From contig OZ246887.1 of the NCBI GenBank assembly GCA_965231765.1, forward strand, positions 3,090,755 through 3,154,754: a DNA stretch of 64,000 nt, read 5' to 3'. This DNA comes from Candidatus Binatia bacterium. GTDB lineage: Bacteria > Desulfobacterota > Binatia > Bin18. The position numbers were made by a program, and so were the translations under genes. Below, one piece after another: positions 23,246-33,823 of the stretch. Each line of letters begins with the position of its first letter. The first letter of the stretch is position 1. The notes under the pieces were generated by a model. That model saw nothing but the letters and a program-made list of their open reading frames with translations. It was not told the DNA's origin and did no database searches.

Positions 23246-23712
23246 GTATACAGGTTGGGCAGCAAGCCCCAGATTTCACCCTGAAGACCAGTAAAATGAA
23301 GGACTTTACACTGAGCGAGCAGAAAGGCAAGAAGAACGTAGTTGTGCTCTTCGTGCCGTTAGCCTTCACTGGTGGCTGAACGAACGAATTTGGCTCCGTG
23401 CAAGCCAATCTCGATAGTCTGCAAAACGAGAACACCCAAGTTGTTGGTATCAGCGTTGACAGTCCATTTTCCTTAGACGCCTGGGCAACAAAAGAGGGCT
23501 ACGAATTCCCGCTGCTCAGCGATTTTAACAAAGAAACCGCGGCCTCGTATGATTCTTTGTATCCAGAGTTACTAGTTTTTAAGGGAGTCGCCAAACGCAC
23601 CGCCTTTGTTGTCGATAAGAATGGTGTGGTCCAGTATGCCTGGCTGAACGATGATGCGGGCAAGTTCCCCGATCTCGAAGAAATTAAAGCCTGTCTCCAG
23701 AAGTGCGGCTGA
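23242..23712 (+). CDS. Selenocysteine-containing peroxiredoxin (AhpC/TSA, AhpE-like)
   Basis: ATG at 23242 after GAGGAGG and overlapping the gyrA stop; [14 protein letters not shown]...[12 protein letters not shown](23377-23379)-TNEF...GISVDSPF...PLLSDFN...AKRTAFVVD. The TGA occupies the PxxxTxxC peroxidatic Cys position. Confidence 0.88.
23390..23408 (+). promoter_or_regulatory. Candidate bacterial SECIS hairpin
   Basis: TTGGCT-CCGTGCA-AGCCAA, 6-bp stem starting 11 nt after the in-frame TGA. Confidence 0.55.
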
Positions 23713-23717
23713 TACCG

Positions 23718-23751
23718 GTAGGGCGGGCGATTCTTACTTGCCTCGCCCGCC
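23718..23751 (+). terminator. GC-rich hairpin after the peroxiredoxin (terminator or GTAG-type REP)
   Basis: GGCGGGCGA ... TCGCCCGCC between convergent genes. Confidence 0.5.
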
Positions 23752-23794
23752 TTCTCTTCCAATATACGACAAGATACGAATTGATAGGAATCCC

Positions 23795-24040
23795 CTATTT
23801 CTTAAACCGCTCCCAAAGCATTGGAAAAAAGACAAGTCCGATGACAGCCCAGAGACCAAATACGAGGCCGTATAGAGTCCACAGATTCCGTGAATAGCCA
23901 TCTCGACCGGCAAATACGCGGCAGATAATACCATCGCTCAGATGAATCAAGACAGCCGTATAGACGAGCGTCTGAAAAGCGATATGGTCATCTAAGAGGC
24001 GCAGACCGGTATAGTATCCGAGAAATACCTCAAAACTCAC
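23795..24040 (-). CDS. Small hypothetical membrane protein
   Basis: 81 aa, two hydrophobic segments, fills an intergenic gap. Confidence 0.55.
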   Translation of the reverse strand: MSFEVFLGYYTGLRLLDDHIAFQTLVYTAVLIHLSDGIICRVFAGRDGYSRNLWTLYGLVFGLWAVIGLVFFPMLWERFKK

Positions 24041-24072
24041 ACGATTCTTCCTTTATTCATTTTCCATGTACT

Positions 24073-24459
24073 ATGGCTGAAGAGAAAACATTGTTCGAAA
24101 AGATGTATGAAGTTGGAGAGGAAAACCTCGCCCGGTTTGCAGAGGAAGTTATTTCCAATCCTGCCTTCTCCGATACCGTGGATCAGACGCTGCGCAACGC
24201 GGCCGAAGCCAAGGGAAAAGTTGACCAGAACATAGCCGCCCTATTAGAGCTTCTCAACCTCCCCTCTAAAGTCGATTATGATAAGCTCTTAGCTAAGGTC
24301 GAGACAGTCCAAGGCACTTTGATCAATACCAATATGAAGCTTGACCGTTTACTGGCTGCACAAGAAAAAAAACCGAAACGGATGGCTCGTGCCAAACCAG
24401 CCAGCAGGGCAGGGCAATCACAACAACCACGAAAAAAGAAGTCAGTCACTCAAGAATAA
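24073..24459 (+). CDS. Phasin/PHA-granule-associated-like protein
   Basis: Amphipathic helix with LNLPSKVDYDKL motif and a basic C-terminal tail. Confidence 0.5.
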   Translation: MAEEKTLFEKMYEVGEENLARFAEEVISNPAFSDTVDQTLRNAAEAKGKVDQNIAALLELLNLPSKVDYDKLLAKVETVQGTLINTNMKLDRLLAAQEKKPKRMARAKPASRAGQSQQPRKKKSVTQE

Positions 24460-24479
24460 GTAAGTTAAAAAAGAATTTC

Positions 24480-25469
24480 ATGATTGTCATTCTGCTCGCT
24501 GCTTTTATCTTTGGTCTAGCCATACCCTGTATGGCATGGGACGAGGCGATCTTCAATCAGAAAAAGACAATTGCCTATCCCTACATGCTCCCGAATGGGC
24601 CGCGTGACTTTCAGACCAAAACTGTTATTGGCTCCCCCCGGACGTATACCATTCAACCGAAAGATACCTTACTCGAGATCGCTCGATTTTTTGACCTGGG
24701 CTATAACGAAGTCACGGCCGCTCATCCAGACGTTGATCCATGGATTCCCAAAGCAGGATCAACACTCAGCATCCCGACCTCTTGGATTTTACCACAGAGC
24801 CGTTTCAAAGGAATGGTGGTTAATATTCCAGAAATGCGGATGTACTATTATCCGCCTGAGGACAAGCGGATAGATCAGCCAGTGGTACTTACCTATCCGG
24901 TCGGATTGGGCCGGGAAGAATGGCCGACACCTCGGACCCCATTCCGTATTCGTGGTAAAACGGCAAATCCGACCTGGGTGATTCCCCAATCGATCAAAGA
25001 AGAACGTATCAAAGAAAAGGGCTGGTCAGAAAATAGTATCCCTGGCGGAGTGGCAGAAAATCCGCTTGGGAAGTACCGCTTAGAATTAAGCTTGTCTCAA
25101 GCCTCGGGTGCGTATGCCATCCATGGCACAAATAATCCCTGGGCAATTGGCAGACTGGTGACGCATGGGTGTATCCGCTTATACCCTGAGGATATTGCCC
25201 GGTTTTTTGACATCGTCCGGGTCGGCAGTCCAGGAGAATTGACTTATCAGCCGGTGAAGATTGGCATGCAGCACGGTCGGGTCTATGTTGAAGCGCATAC
25301 AGACATCTACAATTTTGTTCCTGACTTATGGGGAGAGGCCCAGAAAGTCGTTCAAAACAGTGGTTGGGCGCCGCTGGTTGACCCGCTGCTACTGACCAAA
25401 GCCTTGCGTGATCAGTCTGGTATCCCGGTAGATGTGACGAAAAAAGGAGCAGCTCTGTCTGCCCCATAA
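24480..25469 (+). CDS. L,D-transpeptidase (ErfK/YcfS family, LysM)
   Basis: DTLLEIAR, VVNIPEMRMYY, NPLGKY, YAIHGTN...THGCIRL. Confidence 0.9.
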   Translation: MIVILLAAFIFGLAIPCMAWDEAIFNQKKTIAYPYMLPNGPRDFQTKTVIGSPRTYTIQPKDTLLEIARFFDLGYNEVTAAHPDVDPWIPKAGSTLSIPTSWILPQSRFKGMVVNIPEMRMYYYPPEDKRIDQPVVLTYPVGLGREEWPTPRTPFRIRGKTANPTWVIPQSIKEERIKEKGWSENSIPGGVAENPLGKYRLELSLSQASGAYAIHGTNNPWAIGRLVTHGCIRLYPEDIARFFDIVRVGSPGELTYQPVKIGMQHGRVYVEAHTDIYNFVPDLWGEAQKVVQNSGWAPLVDPLLLTKALRDQSGIPVDVTKKGAALSAP

Positions 25470-25500
25470 TACCGTATTCAGGAGAGCGTTGGGATGGAAT

Positions 25501-25896
25501 ATGGAGATTAAAGTCCATACCGAGAAGAAATATGACGTGGTCGATGTCACGCTTCAGGTTGCTGATATCGTGCAAAAGGCAGACATCCAGGAAGGGCTGT
25601 GCAGCGTGTATGTGCCACATGCGACAGCAGCGATGATCGTTAATGAAAACGACGACCCTCAGATCGGACAGGATTTGCTGAATGCGCTTGATAAACTGAT
25701 TCCCGAAGGGGTCTGGTTGCATGATACCGTCGATGAGAATGGGGCGTCACATTTGAAAGCGACCATTTTGGGGCCAAGCGAAACCATCCCTATCCAGCGT
25801 GGCCGTCTTGGGCTAGGAACCTGGCAAGCCATTATGCTGATTGATTTCGATGGACCCCGCGATCGAACAGTCATCGTGACTCTTACTCGCTCGTAA
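25501..25896 (+). CDS. yjbQ: YjbQ/UPF0047 family protein
   Basis: VPHATAA, NENDDP, NGASHLKA, LGTWQAI, FDGPR. Confidence 0.88.
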   Translation: MEIKVHTEKKYDVVDVTLQVADIVQKADIQEGLCSVYVPHATAAMIVNENDDPQIGQDLLNALDKLIPEGVWLHDTVDENGASHLKATILGPSETIPIQRGRLGLGTWQAIMLIDFDGPRDRTVIVTLTRS

Positions 25897-25929
25897 AGAG
25901 CTGTCGCTCGGAAAAAGATTGAGAACTGC

Positions 25930-26625
25930 ATGTCGCAGCCGATCAAATACTGGCCAGAGTCTGATCGACCGCGCGAAAAGCTGATCGAAAAAGGTCCAGA
26001 AGTGCTGTCAAAGGCGGAACTCTTAGCCATCATTCTACGAACAGGTGATGCGAGCAGTGGCCAGAGCGCACTCGACCATGGCCGTGCGCTGATCCAACAA
26101 TTTGGAGAATCGTTCCGTCAACTTGAAGGGGCGAGTATCCCTGACCTGCGTCAGCTCAAAGGTATTGGCCCGGCGAAGGCAGCCCAAATAAAGGCCACGC
26201 TCGAAATTGCCAAACGTTTTGCTGAGGAAGAGCTCAAACAGGGGGAGCAGTTTCGCTCCAGCGAAGATGTCTTTAATCATTATCGCGAACATCTCGGCGG
26301 ACTGAAAAAAGAAGAGTTTCACGTCTTACTGCTTGACGCCAAAAATCGTAAAATAAAAGACGTTCGCGTCTCAGAAGGATCACTGACATCTTCTCTGGTC
26401 CATCCCCGAGAAGTCTTTTCTCCCGTTGTGCGAGAATCTGCCGCGGCCGTTATTTTGATCCATAATCACCCCAGTGGTGATCCCGCCCCGAGTCATGAAG
26501 ATCTCCAGATCACCCGTCGCTTGCGCGAAGTCGGGGAGGTGATGGGCGTACAGGTGCTTGATCACTTAATTATTGGTAAAGGACGCTACATCAGCTTTGT
26601 TGATGACGGATACTGGGAGGCATAG
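25930..26625 (+). CDS. radC: RadC family JAB-domain protein
   Basis: RPREKL, ELLAIILRTG, GIGPAKA, VHPREVF, HNHPSGDP, LDHLIIG. Confidence 0.93.
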   Translation: MSQPIKYWPESDRPREKLIEKGPEVLSKAELLAIILRTGDASSGQSALDHGRALIQQFGESFRQLEGASIPDLRQLKGIGPAKAAQIKATLEIAKRFAEEELKQGEQFRSSEDVFNHYREHLGGLKKEEFHVLLLDAKNRKIKDVRVSEGSLTSSLVHPREVFSPVVRESAAAVILIHNHPSGDPAPSHEDLQITRRLREVGEVMGVQVLDHLIIGKGRYISFVDDGYWEA

Positions 26626-26632
26626 GAGTTTG

Positions 26633-27517
26633 ATGGGGCTGAATCACGATCTCGTTGGTAAGCAATATCCAGCCCAAGACTATGGTGTCACGGCTGAGGC
26701 AGTCCGCAAATACGCACAAGCGTATAACGAGGACAATCCCGTTTTTCTCGACCCGGCCCGCGTCGGCGGCATCATCGCACCGCCCATGTTTGGAGTGGTG
26801 ATGGGCTGGTTGCCGATTATGATGGTCATGACAGACACTGACCTGCGCGTCGATGTCTTGCAGCTCCTGCATAGCGAGCAAGACATGAAATTTTTTCGGC
26901 CGGTTGTACCGGGTGATATTGTTAGCTGCACGGCGACGATTCAGCATATTGAAGAGAAGGCCGGTGGAGAATCTCTCGGCGTTGAGGTTCAGGGTACAAA
27001 TCAGCGTGGAGAGCTGGTCCAAACGACGCTTTTTACCGCATTCATCCGTGGCAAAAGGCGGCGGGGCAAGAGCCATGAAGTCTTCAGTCCATCGCCAAAA
27101 GAAGCGCCGCTGCTGCAGATTTCACAGTCTATCGATACCGATCAGACCTATCGGTATGCTCAAGCATCGGGCGATCACAATCCGATCCATGTAGATGAAA
27201 ACGTGGCGAAGATGGCCGGCCTGCCAGGGATTATTGTTCATGGTCTGTGTACCATGGCGTTTATCTCAAAGGTCATAATTGATCACCTGTGCGAGCATGA
27301 TCCAGGACGATTACACCGACTGCGGGGACGGTTTGCGCGGCCAGTCTTTCCCGGTCAGGAAATTACAACAAGAGTGTGGAAAAAGGTTGACCAATCTGAA
27401 CACAGGGGTCAGACGAGAATCCAGAGCTATACGTACGAGACGTATAACCCTGATGGAAAAGCGGTGGTTAAAGATGGGATTGCCGAGATCAGGACTGCCG
27501 AGGAAACGGCTTCTTAG
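26633..27517 (+). CDS. Double-hotdog MaoC-family enoyl-CoA hydratase
   Basis: IAPPMF N-domain; [12 protein letters not shown] and IVHGLCT hydratase motif. Confidence 0.85.
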   Translation: MGLNHDLVGKQYPAQDYGVTAEAVRKYAQAYNEDNPVFLDPARVGGIIAPPMFGVVMGWLPIMMVMTDTDLRVDVLQLLHSEQDMKFFRPVVPGDIVSCTATIQHIEEKAGGESLGVEVQGTNQRGELVQTTLFTAFIRGKRRRGKSHEVFSPSPKEAPLLQISQSIDTDQTYRYAQASGDHNPIHVDENVAKMAGLPGIIVHGLCTMAFISKVIIDHLCEHDPGRLHRLRGRFARPVFPGQEITTRVWKKVDQSEHRGQTRIQSYTYETYNPDGKAVVKDGIAEIRTAEETAS

Positions 27518-27987
27518 AAGGGGACATCATCATCATCCGGCAATGGAGGAGCACCACCAAAGTCATCAAATCCACCACCTGAGCCCCCGCTGCTCTGTCC
27601 AGATCGACCCCCCCCGCCTTCATCCTGTCCAGGCCGTCCACCTCCAGCGCCGCCTGAGCCGCCCCCGAGGAATTGCACCCGCTGGGCAACGATCTCGCTG
27701 ATATAGCGTTTGTTGCCGTCTCGGTCGTCGTAACTGCGGTTACGGATAGAGCCTTCAATATAGACTTGTCTGCCTTTGGACAGGTATTGACCGCAGGACT
27801 CAGCCTGTTTGCCCCAGACAACAATATTGTGCCATTCGGTGCGTTCTTGGCGGCCGCTTTCCTGGTCCATCCAGGTGTCTGTCGTGGCTACCGGAAAGTT
27901 GGCCACCGCTCGGCCGCTTTGGGTAAACCGAACCTCTGGGTCTTTGCCGAGATTGCCGACAATAATTGCTTTATTTACAGCAGCCAT
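27514..27987 (-). CDS. ssb: Single-stranded DNA-binding protein
   Basis: [24 protein letters not shown], Gly-rich linker, DDDVPF tip. Confidence 0.97.
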   Translation of the reverse strand: MAAVNKAIIVGNLGKDPEVRFTQSGRAVANFPVATTDTWMDQESGRQERTEWHNIVVWGKQAESCGQYLSKGRQVYIEGSIRNRSYDDRDGNKRYISEIVAQRVQFLGGGSGGAGGGRPGQDEGGGGRSGQSSGGSGGGFDDFGGAPPLPDDDDVPF

Positions 27988-28165
27988 GGGTGAGGTCCTC
28001 CTGCCAGGCAGCCTACCAACCCCAGATTTTCAAGTCAATTGGGAAAAAAGCGGTCAGCTACCAACATTCAGCGGCCACCTAGCACTCATTTTGGAAGTTG
28101 TTTTGAAAAGTCCGTTGCTGATGACCCAGGGCTTGCATATACTCGTGAGTGGAGGTCATTAAACT

Positions 28166-29926
28166 GTGGCAAATTCTCTGTGTGTCCGTTGCATTCTCGC
28201 TGTTTTTTTTGTGGGATTCCCCCTGTTCATAAATCTTGCTGTCTCAGATGATCATTCTGGATATACTCAATACGCACCGTTTGTTGAAACTGGCCAGAAG
28301 GGTATGCTAGCAACAGCGAATGTCCAAGCCAGTGATGCTGGTGCAGATATACTGCGCAAAGGCGGCAATGCGGTTGATGCAGCGGTTGCGGCATCGTTTG
28401 CCGTTAGTGTAACGCGTCCACAGTCTACTGGCATTGGCGGCGGAGGGTTTCTGCTGCTGTATCTGGCGAAAGAAAAGAAGACGCTGGCGTTCGACTTTCG
28501 CGAACGTGCTCCGCTCAAAGCGGATCGCGATATGTTTATTCGCGATGGCGAAACAGTGCCGTCGCTGAGTCGAACCGGTCCTCTGGCCGTCGGTGTTCCT
28601 GGGCTTGTTGCTGGCTTGGTCGAAGTGCACAAAAAGTATGGCAGCTTACCCCTCAAAGAGGTCATGGCAGCCGCGATTCGCTTGGCCGAAAAAGGGTTTC
28701 CAGTCTATCCGTTTTTAGCCAAAGCCTTTGGCTACCGTGAGGAAATGCTGGGCAAGTCTCCTGCGACCCGGGCAATTTATTTTCGGGATGACAAAATGTT
28801 GGGCGAGGGTGATTTGTTGATTCAGAAGGACCTGGCCAAAACGCTTCAGGCTATCGCAGCTGAAGGGAAAGCCGCATTTTATACTGGACCTATTGCTGAA
28901 GCGATTGTTGCAGAAATGGAAAAGCTAGGTGGGCTAATCACCCACGAGGACCTTGAGAGCTATAAGGTCCTCCCGCGCACCCCAATTTCTGGAACGTTCC
29001 AAAATGCTCAAATCTACTCTATGCCACCGCCGAGCTCTGGTGGGATATTGCTCGTGCAAATGCTCAACGTCTTATCAGGTTTTCCAATCCAAAAATTTGG
29101 TTTTCATACTCCCCAAGCTACGCATGTGCTGACAGAGACTCTACGGCTGGCCTTTCGGGATCGTGCGCGTTACTTGGGCGACACGGATTTTGTTGAGGTT
29201 CCTGTCGATAGGCTGGTATCGGAAGACTATAGCAACGATCTGCGGGCCAAGATTGATCAGGCCAAAGCGACCCCCAGCGAAGGTATTCCTGATGCCTCAA
29301 CCAAAATTGAATCAACGAGCACAACGCATTTGTCGGTAATCGACAAAGACGGCAATGCGGTGTCAACAACCCAGACCGTGAATTTATTCTTTGGCAGCGG
29401 GGTGATGGTGCCTGGAACCGGCATTCTACTCAACGATGAGATGGACGATTTTAATACCCAACCAGACACACCTAACGCGTTCGGTCTACTGGGAAAAACT
29501 GATGCCAATGCGGTTGCTCCGCGCAAAACACCTCTGAGCAGCATGAGTCCGACGATCGTCACCCAGGACGGCAAAGTCCGCCTGATTGTTGGCGGTCCAG
29601 GCGGCTCGCGGATCATTAGCTCAGTGTTACAAGTCCTGCTGGGGGTTTTGGCTTATGACCTGTCTCTCCCAGAAGCCATGTTTGCGCCGCGTATTCACCA
29701 CCAGTGGTTCCCCGATCGGCTTGATCTTGAAGTCTGGGACGGCAAACAGCCTGAAGGGTTGGTTGAAACGCTGGAGCAGATGGGCCATACGGTCCGGGTG
29801 CTTGAATCTGGTCCAGGCAAGTTCTCCCGTTTTGGGAATGTCCAAGCCATTAGTGTAGATGCCGAATCTGGGTTGATGATTGGAGTTGCTGATCCTCGGG
29901 CTGGCGGACGCGCACGCGGATTCTGA
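28166..29926 (+). CDS. ggt: Gamma-glutamyltransferase
   Basis: GGNAVDAAVA, GIGGGGF, DFRERAP, STTHLSVID nucleophile, PLSSMSPT. Confidence 0.95.
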   Translation: MANSLCVRCILAVFFVGFPLFINLAVSDDHSGYTQYAPFVETGQKGMLATANVQASDAGADILRKGGNAVDAAVAASFAVSVTRPQSTGIGGGGFLLLYLAKEKKTLAFDFRERAPLKADRDMFIRDGETVPSLSRTGPLAVGVPGLVAGLVEVHKKYGSLPLKEVMAAAIRLAEKGFPVYPFLAKAFGYREEMLGKSPATRAIYFRDDKMLGEGDLLIQKDLAKTLQAIAAEGKAAFYTGPIAEAIVAEMEKLGGLITHEDLESYKVLPRTPISGTFQNAQIYSMPPPSSGGILLVQMLNVLSGFPIQKFGFHTPQATHVLTETLRLAFRDRARYLGDTDFVEVPVDRLVSEDYSNDLRAKIDQAKATPSEGIPDASTKIESTSTTHLSVIDKDGNAVSTTQTVNLFFGSGVMVPGTGILLNDEMDDFNTQPDTPNAFGLLGKTDANAVAPRKTPLSSMSPTIVTQDGKVRLIVGGPGGSRIISSVLQVLLGVLAYDLSLPEAMFAPRIHHQWFPDRLDLEVWDGKQPEGLVETLEQMGHTVRVLESGPGKFSRFGNVQAISVDAESGLMIGVADPRAGGRARGF

Positions 29927-30047
29927 CCATGCGGGGTAGGGCTTGGGGATGAAGGGCTAGTCAGGGCATTGTCTCCCCGATACAGATTTGGGAGGTGTTG
30001 GAGGGGCAGACTGCTCTTTCTATCTGGCCTGCCCGACAGGAGTGCAT

Positions 30048-31223
30048 ATGACCATCGTCGTTGACTACTACAATATTGAAGAACTGCTGAGCGAAGAAGA
30101 GCGCATGGTGCGTGACGTAGCGCGGCGCTTTGTTGAAGATGAGTTCATGCCCCGCATCCAGAAATGTTTTCGGGAAGGTAGCTTCCCGATGGAATTAGTC
30201 CCTCGCTTGGGCGAGCTGGGATTTTTAGGCATGACGTTGCCAACCGAGTATGGCTGTGCAGGACTCAATAACGTCGCCTACGGACTGGTCAGCCAAGAGT
30301 TGGAACGTGGCGATAGCGGCTTTCGATCTTTTGCCAGCGTGCAGTCGTCGCTCGTCATGTATCCCATTTTTACCTTTGGTTCAGAGGAGCAGAAAAAGTT
30401 TTGGTTACCACGTCTGGCCCGTGCCGAAGCGATTGGTTGCTTTGGGTTAACCGAACCAGATTATGGTTCAAATCCCGACGGCATGCTTACCCGGGCTCGA
30501 AAAGAGAATGGCGGTTATGTACTGAACGGCATCAAACGCTGGATCACCAATGGTTCAATCTCCGATGTCGCTGTGGTGTGGGCAAAACTTGAAGAAGACG
30601 GCCAAGATGTTATTCGTGGTTTCATAGTAGAGAAAGAACGCCCAGGCTTCACCCGCCTTGAGATCGAAGGAAAGTTTAGCTTCCGGGCTTCGATTACCTC
30701 TGAACTCATCTTTGAAGACTGCTGGATTCCTGAGGACAATCTCCTGCTCAAAAGTGGCGGACTCAAATCTCCTCTCATGTGTCTAACCCAGGCGCGATAT
30801 GGCATTGCATGGGGCGCACTTGGCGCGGCGATGGCCTGTTATGAATCCGCTTTGGGCTATTCCCAAAACCGAGTCATGTTCTCCAGGCCGATTGGCGGCT
30901 ATCAGCTCGTGCAGGCCAAGTTGGTGACGATGATCACCGAAATCACGAAAGGACAGCTTCTGGTGCATCGACTCGGTACACTCAAAGATGCTGGCACAAT
31001 GCGACCCCAGCATGTCAGCATGGCCAAGATGAATAATGTCTCAATAGCGCTCCAGACGGCTCGTCTGGCGCGAGATATTCTTGGTGGGAACGGTATAATA
31101 GATGATTACCCCATTATTCGGCATATGCTGAACCTGGAGACAGTGAATACCTACGAAGGCACAGAAGACATACACCGCTTGACGATTGGTCGGGACGTGA
31201 CTGGGCTGAATGCTTTTGAGTAA
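30048..31223 (+). CDS. gcdH: Glutaryl-CoA dehydrogenase-like acyl-CoA dehydrogenase
   Basis: ELERGDSGFRS, GCFGLTEPDYGSNP, ARYGIAWG, NLETVNTYEGT. Confidence 0.85.
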   Translation: MTIVVDYYNIEELLSEEERMVRDVARRFVEDEFMPRIQKCFREGSFPMELVPRLGELGFLGMTLPTEYGCAGLNNVAYGLVSQELERGDSGFRSFASVQSSLVMYPIFTFGSEEQKKFWLPRLARAEAIGCFGLTEPDYGSNPDGMLTRARKENGGYVLNGIKRWITNGSISDVAVVWAKLEEDGQDVIRGFIVEKERPGFTRLEIEGKFSFRASITSELIFEDCWIPEDNLLLKSGGLKSPLMCLTQARYGIAWGALGAAMACYESALGYSQNRVMFSRPIGGYQLVQAKLVTMITEITKGQLLVHRLGTLKDAGTMRPQHVSMAKMNNVSIALQTARLARDILGGNGIIDDYPIIRHMLNLETVNTYEGTEDIHRLTIGRDVTGLNAFE

Positions 31224-31899
31224 ACCATTCCACCCATACGAGACCGAGCCGACCGCACTCACCATTGGCACGCGTTCTCTGACGCTCCTCCGCGTCAAGG
31301 ACCTTGAACACTGGATAGACCGTGAAGCACTCCTCCGAGACGAGGCTGAGGAGCCACCCTATTGGGCGCTGCTGTGGAGTGGCGCTGGGACACTTGCACG
31401 CTACATTGAAGAACATATCGATTGCACAGACCAGACCGTCCTTGACCTTGGCTGTGGGCTTGGCCTAACCGGGATCATTGCCAGCCTCAAAGGTGCTCAG
31501 GTGACCTTTGCTGATAAAGAGGCCGAGGCAGTCTCGTTTGCAAGCGCCAATGCTCAGTTGAACAGGTGCTTTCGGTATACGACCAAGAAGATCGACTTCA
31601 CCCAAGACATGCTCGACCAACGCTTTTCGCTGATTGTTGGTACCGAGATTTTATACGACCGCCCGGTGTTTCCTGCGCTGGTTGATTTTCTGATCCAGCA
31701 TCTCGCTCCAGGTGGAAAAGCGCTGATCGCCGATGCGCATCGGACCAATACAAAAGAATTCTATCAGCAACTTGAGACGCAGGGTCTCAGCTGGACACGG
31801 ATAGGCGTGCAAGAACGTGAAGACAATCTCCCGCTGAGCGTCCATATTGTAACGATTCAGCACACGGAAAATAACCCGGAACATGACCCTGGAACATAA
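31210..31899 (+). CDS. SAM-dependent methyltransferase (Methyltransf_16/Nnt1-like)
   Basis: PPYWALLWSGA, VLDLGCGLGL, EILYD. Confidence 0.85.
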   Translation: MLLSKPFHPYETEPTALTIGTRSLTLLRVKDLEHWIDREALLRDEAEEPPYWALLWSGAGTLARYIEEHIDCTDQTVLDLGCGLGLTGIIASLKGAQVTFADKEAEAVSFASANAQLNRCFRYTTKKIDFTQDMLDQRFSLIVGTEILYDRPVFPALVDFLIQHLAPGGKALIADAHRTNTKEFYQQLETQGLSWTRIGVQEREDNLPLSVHIVTIQHTENNPEHDPGT

Positions 31900-31901
31900 G
31901 A

Positions 31902-32561
31902 ATGGTAACAAACCGAACCGTTCATAGTGTGTTGCGCATTCTGCGCCGGGACGCACCGACCTGGAATGCACCAGTTGTGACTCAGATGGCCTCGCTGTCG
32001 CGTGATCCGTACTTGGTCTTGATCGCCTGCTTACTCAGCTTGCGGACCAAAGATGAAACGACCGGCCCAGCTGCCCGGCGTTTATTCTCCCTCGCCGATA
32101 CGCCAGACAAAATGCTGACCTTAAAACCGGCTCAAATCCAGAATGCGATCTATCCAGTCGGTTTCTATAAAACGAAAGTTCAAACAGTCATTGATGTTTC
32201 TCGGCGGCTTATTGAGGAATACGGCGGGCAGGTCCCGGATGAGATTGAAGAGCTGATAACCTTCAAAGGTGTGGGGCGTAAGACGGCCAATCTGGTCAGG
32301 ACCCAAGGCTTTCAGAAACTTGGCATTTGTGTAGACACACACGTACATCGTATCTCCAATCGCTGGGGCTATGTGCAAACAAGAACTCCGGAAGAAACGG
32401 AAATGGCGCTACGCGACAAGCTGCCCGAACAGTATTGGATCGAGATCAATGATCATCTGGTCGCCATGGGCCAAACAATTTGTCATCCGACCTCACCAAA
32501 GTGCACGCAATGCCCGCTTGAACGCTATTGCGACAAGGTTGGGGTTGTGCGCAGCCGGTAA
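31902..32561 (+). CDS. nth: Endonuclease III
   Basis: LLSLRTKD, GVGRKTAN HhH, VDTHVHR, CHPTSPKCTQCPL...C 4Fe-4S motif. Confidence 0.93.
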   Translation: MVTNRTVHSVLRILRRDAPTWNAPVVTQMASLSRDPYLVLIACLLSLRTKDETTGPAARRLFSLADTPDKMLTLKPAQIQNAIYPVGFYKTKVQTVIDVSRRLIEEYGGQVPDEIEELITFKGVGRKTANLVRTQGFQKLGICVDTHVHRISNRWGYVQTRTPEETEMALRDKLPEQYWIEINDHLVAMGQTICHPTSPKCTQCPLERYCDKVGVVRSR

Positions 32562-32566
32562 ATCTG

Positions 32567-33811
32567 ATGCCAATGCCTCTCACCACCCGTACCAAACTCT
32601 TCTGGGTTGCTATTCTGTATTTTTCCGAAGGGCTGCCGTTTGGATTACTGTTTGAGGCATTTTCCGTCTTCTTCCGCACACATGGAGTGAGTCTCAAAGA
32701 GATTGGGCTCATCAGTCTGGCTGGGCTGCCGTGGACGTTTAAGTTTTTGTGGGCGCCGGCTGTCGACCTGTGGGGAAAACGACGGACCTGGATTGTTGTT
32801 TGCCAGGGACTGCTCGCAGTTGATATCTGTTTGTTACTCTTCTCTGATCCAACCCAGATTAGCACCACCACCTGGATTCTTCTCATCGCCTTAGCCTTTT
32901 TCTCTGCGACCCAAGACATTGCGATTGATGCATATACCATTGAGCTGCTTGATGAAGATGAAATCGGTCCGGCCAATGGTATCCGGGTCAGTACTTACCG
33001 GGTGGCGCTGATATTTGCCGGTGGTATATTTGTCGCTCTGGCTGGTCTCATCGGCTGGCAAGCTGCCTTTGGATGCGCCGCGGTCTTGCTCGCTGCTGCC
33101 GCGGTCTTCACCAGTCAAGCACCTGATGTGATGCGGCCACGAACAAAGACGGCCCATTGGTCTACCGCACTTGAACGGGTATTCATCGGCCCACTGCGGA
33201 GCTTCTGGCAGCGTCCCGGCGTCCTGTATGTCATGCTCTTTATTCTGACCTTTAAGCTTGGTGATATGGCACTCGGACCCATGGTCCGTCCCTTTTGGGT
33301 TGATCGTGAGTTTACGCCACTCCAGATAGGTGCAGTGCCCGGAACGATTGGGGTTGTGACAACAATCCTCGGCGCACTCCTTGGCGGAAAACTCACCCAG
33401 AGTTGGGGATTGTTTCGGACTTTATGGATACTCGGGGCTGCTCAGGCCGCCTCTAATTTGGTCTATGCTGCTGCTGCCGCGTTGCCGCCATCCACACCGC
33501 TGATGTATACCGCCTCTGTTATTGAATCGTTCTGTGGCGGGCTTGGGACTGCGCCATTTCTGGCTTTCCTCATGCACGCCTGCGATAAAACCCAAGCCGC
33601 AACGCAGTATGCTCTGCTGAGTGCAGTGTTTGGGCTCACCCGTTCAGTCTCAGGCGCGTTTTCTGGCGTGCTGACCCAGAGCTTTGGCTATGCGGCCTAT
33701 TTCACGGCAACTTTCTTCTTAGCTTGGCCAGCATTCCTCCTCTTGCCGTGGGTCAGAAAGTGGATTAGAGAGGACAAAGTCGAGGACAGTGCTGGCAGCA
33801 GGGAAGCGTAA
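32567..33811 (+). CDS. ampG: AmpG-family MFS muropeptide transporter
   Basis: YFSEGLPFG, LPWTFKFLWAP, SATQDIAIDAY, ATQYALLS. Confidence 0.85.
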   Translation: MPMPLTTRTKLFWVAILYFSEGLPFGLLFEAFSVFFRTHGVSLKEIGLISLAGLPWTFKFLWAPAVDLWGKRRTWIVVCQGLLAVDICLLLFSDPTQISTTTWILLIALAFFSATQDIAIDAYTIELLDEDEIGPANGIRVSTYRVALIFAGGIFVALAGLIGWQAAFGCAAVLLAAAAVFTSQAPDVMRPRTKTAHWSTALERVFIGPLRSFWQRPGVLYVMLFILTFKLGDMALGPMVRPFWVDREFTPLQIGAVPGTIGVVTTILGALLGGKLTQSWGLFRTLWILGAAQAASNLVYAAAAALPPSTPLMYTASVIESFCGGLGTAPFLAFLMHACDKTQAATQYALLSAVFGLTRSVSGAFSGVLTQSFGYAAYFTATFFLAWPAFLLLPWVRKWIREDKVEDSAGSREA

Positions 33812-33823
33812 AAAGGAGAAAAA

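Noticed and set aside
23398-23712. ORF-track 104-aa protein as the full gene
   Set aside because: It lacks the peroxiredoxin N-terminus and active site, which lie upstream across an in-frame TGA
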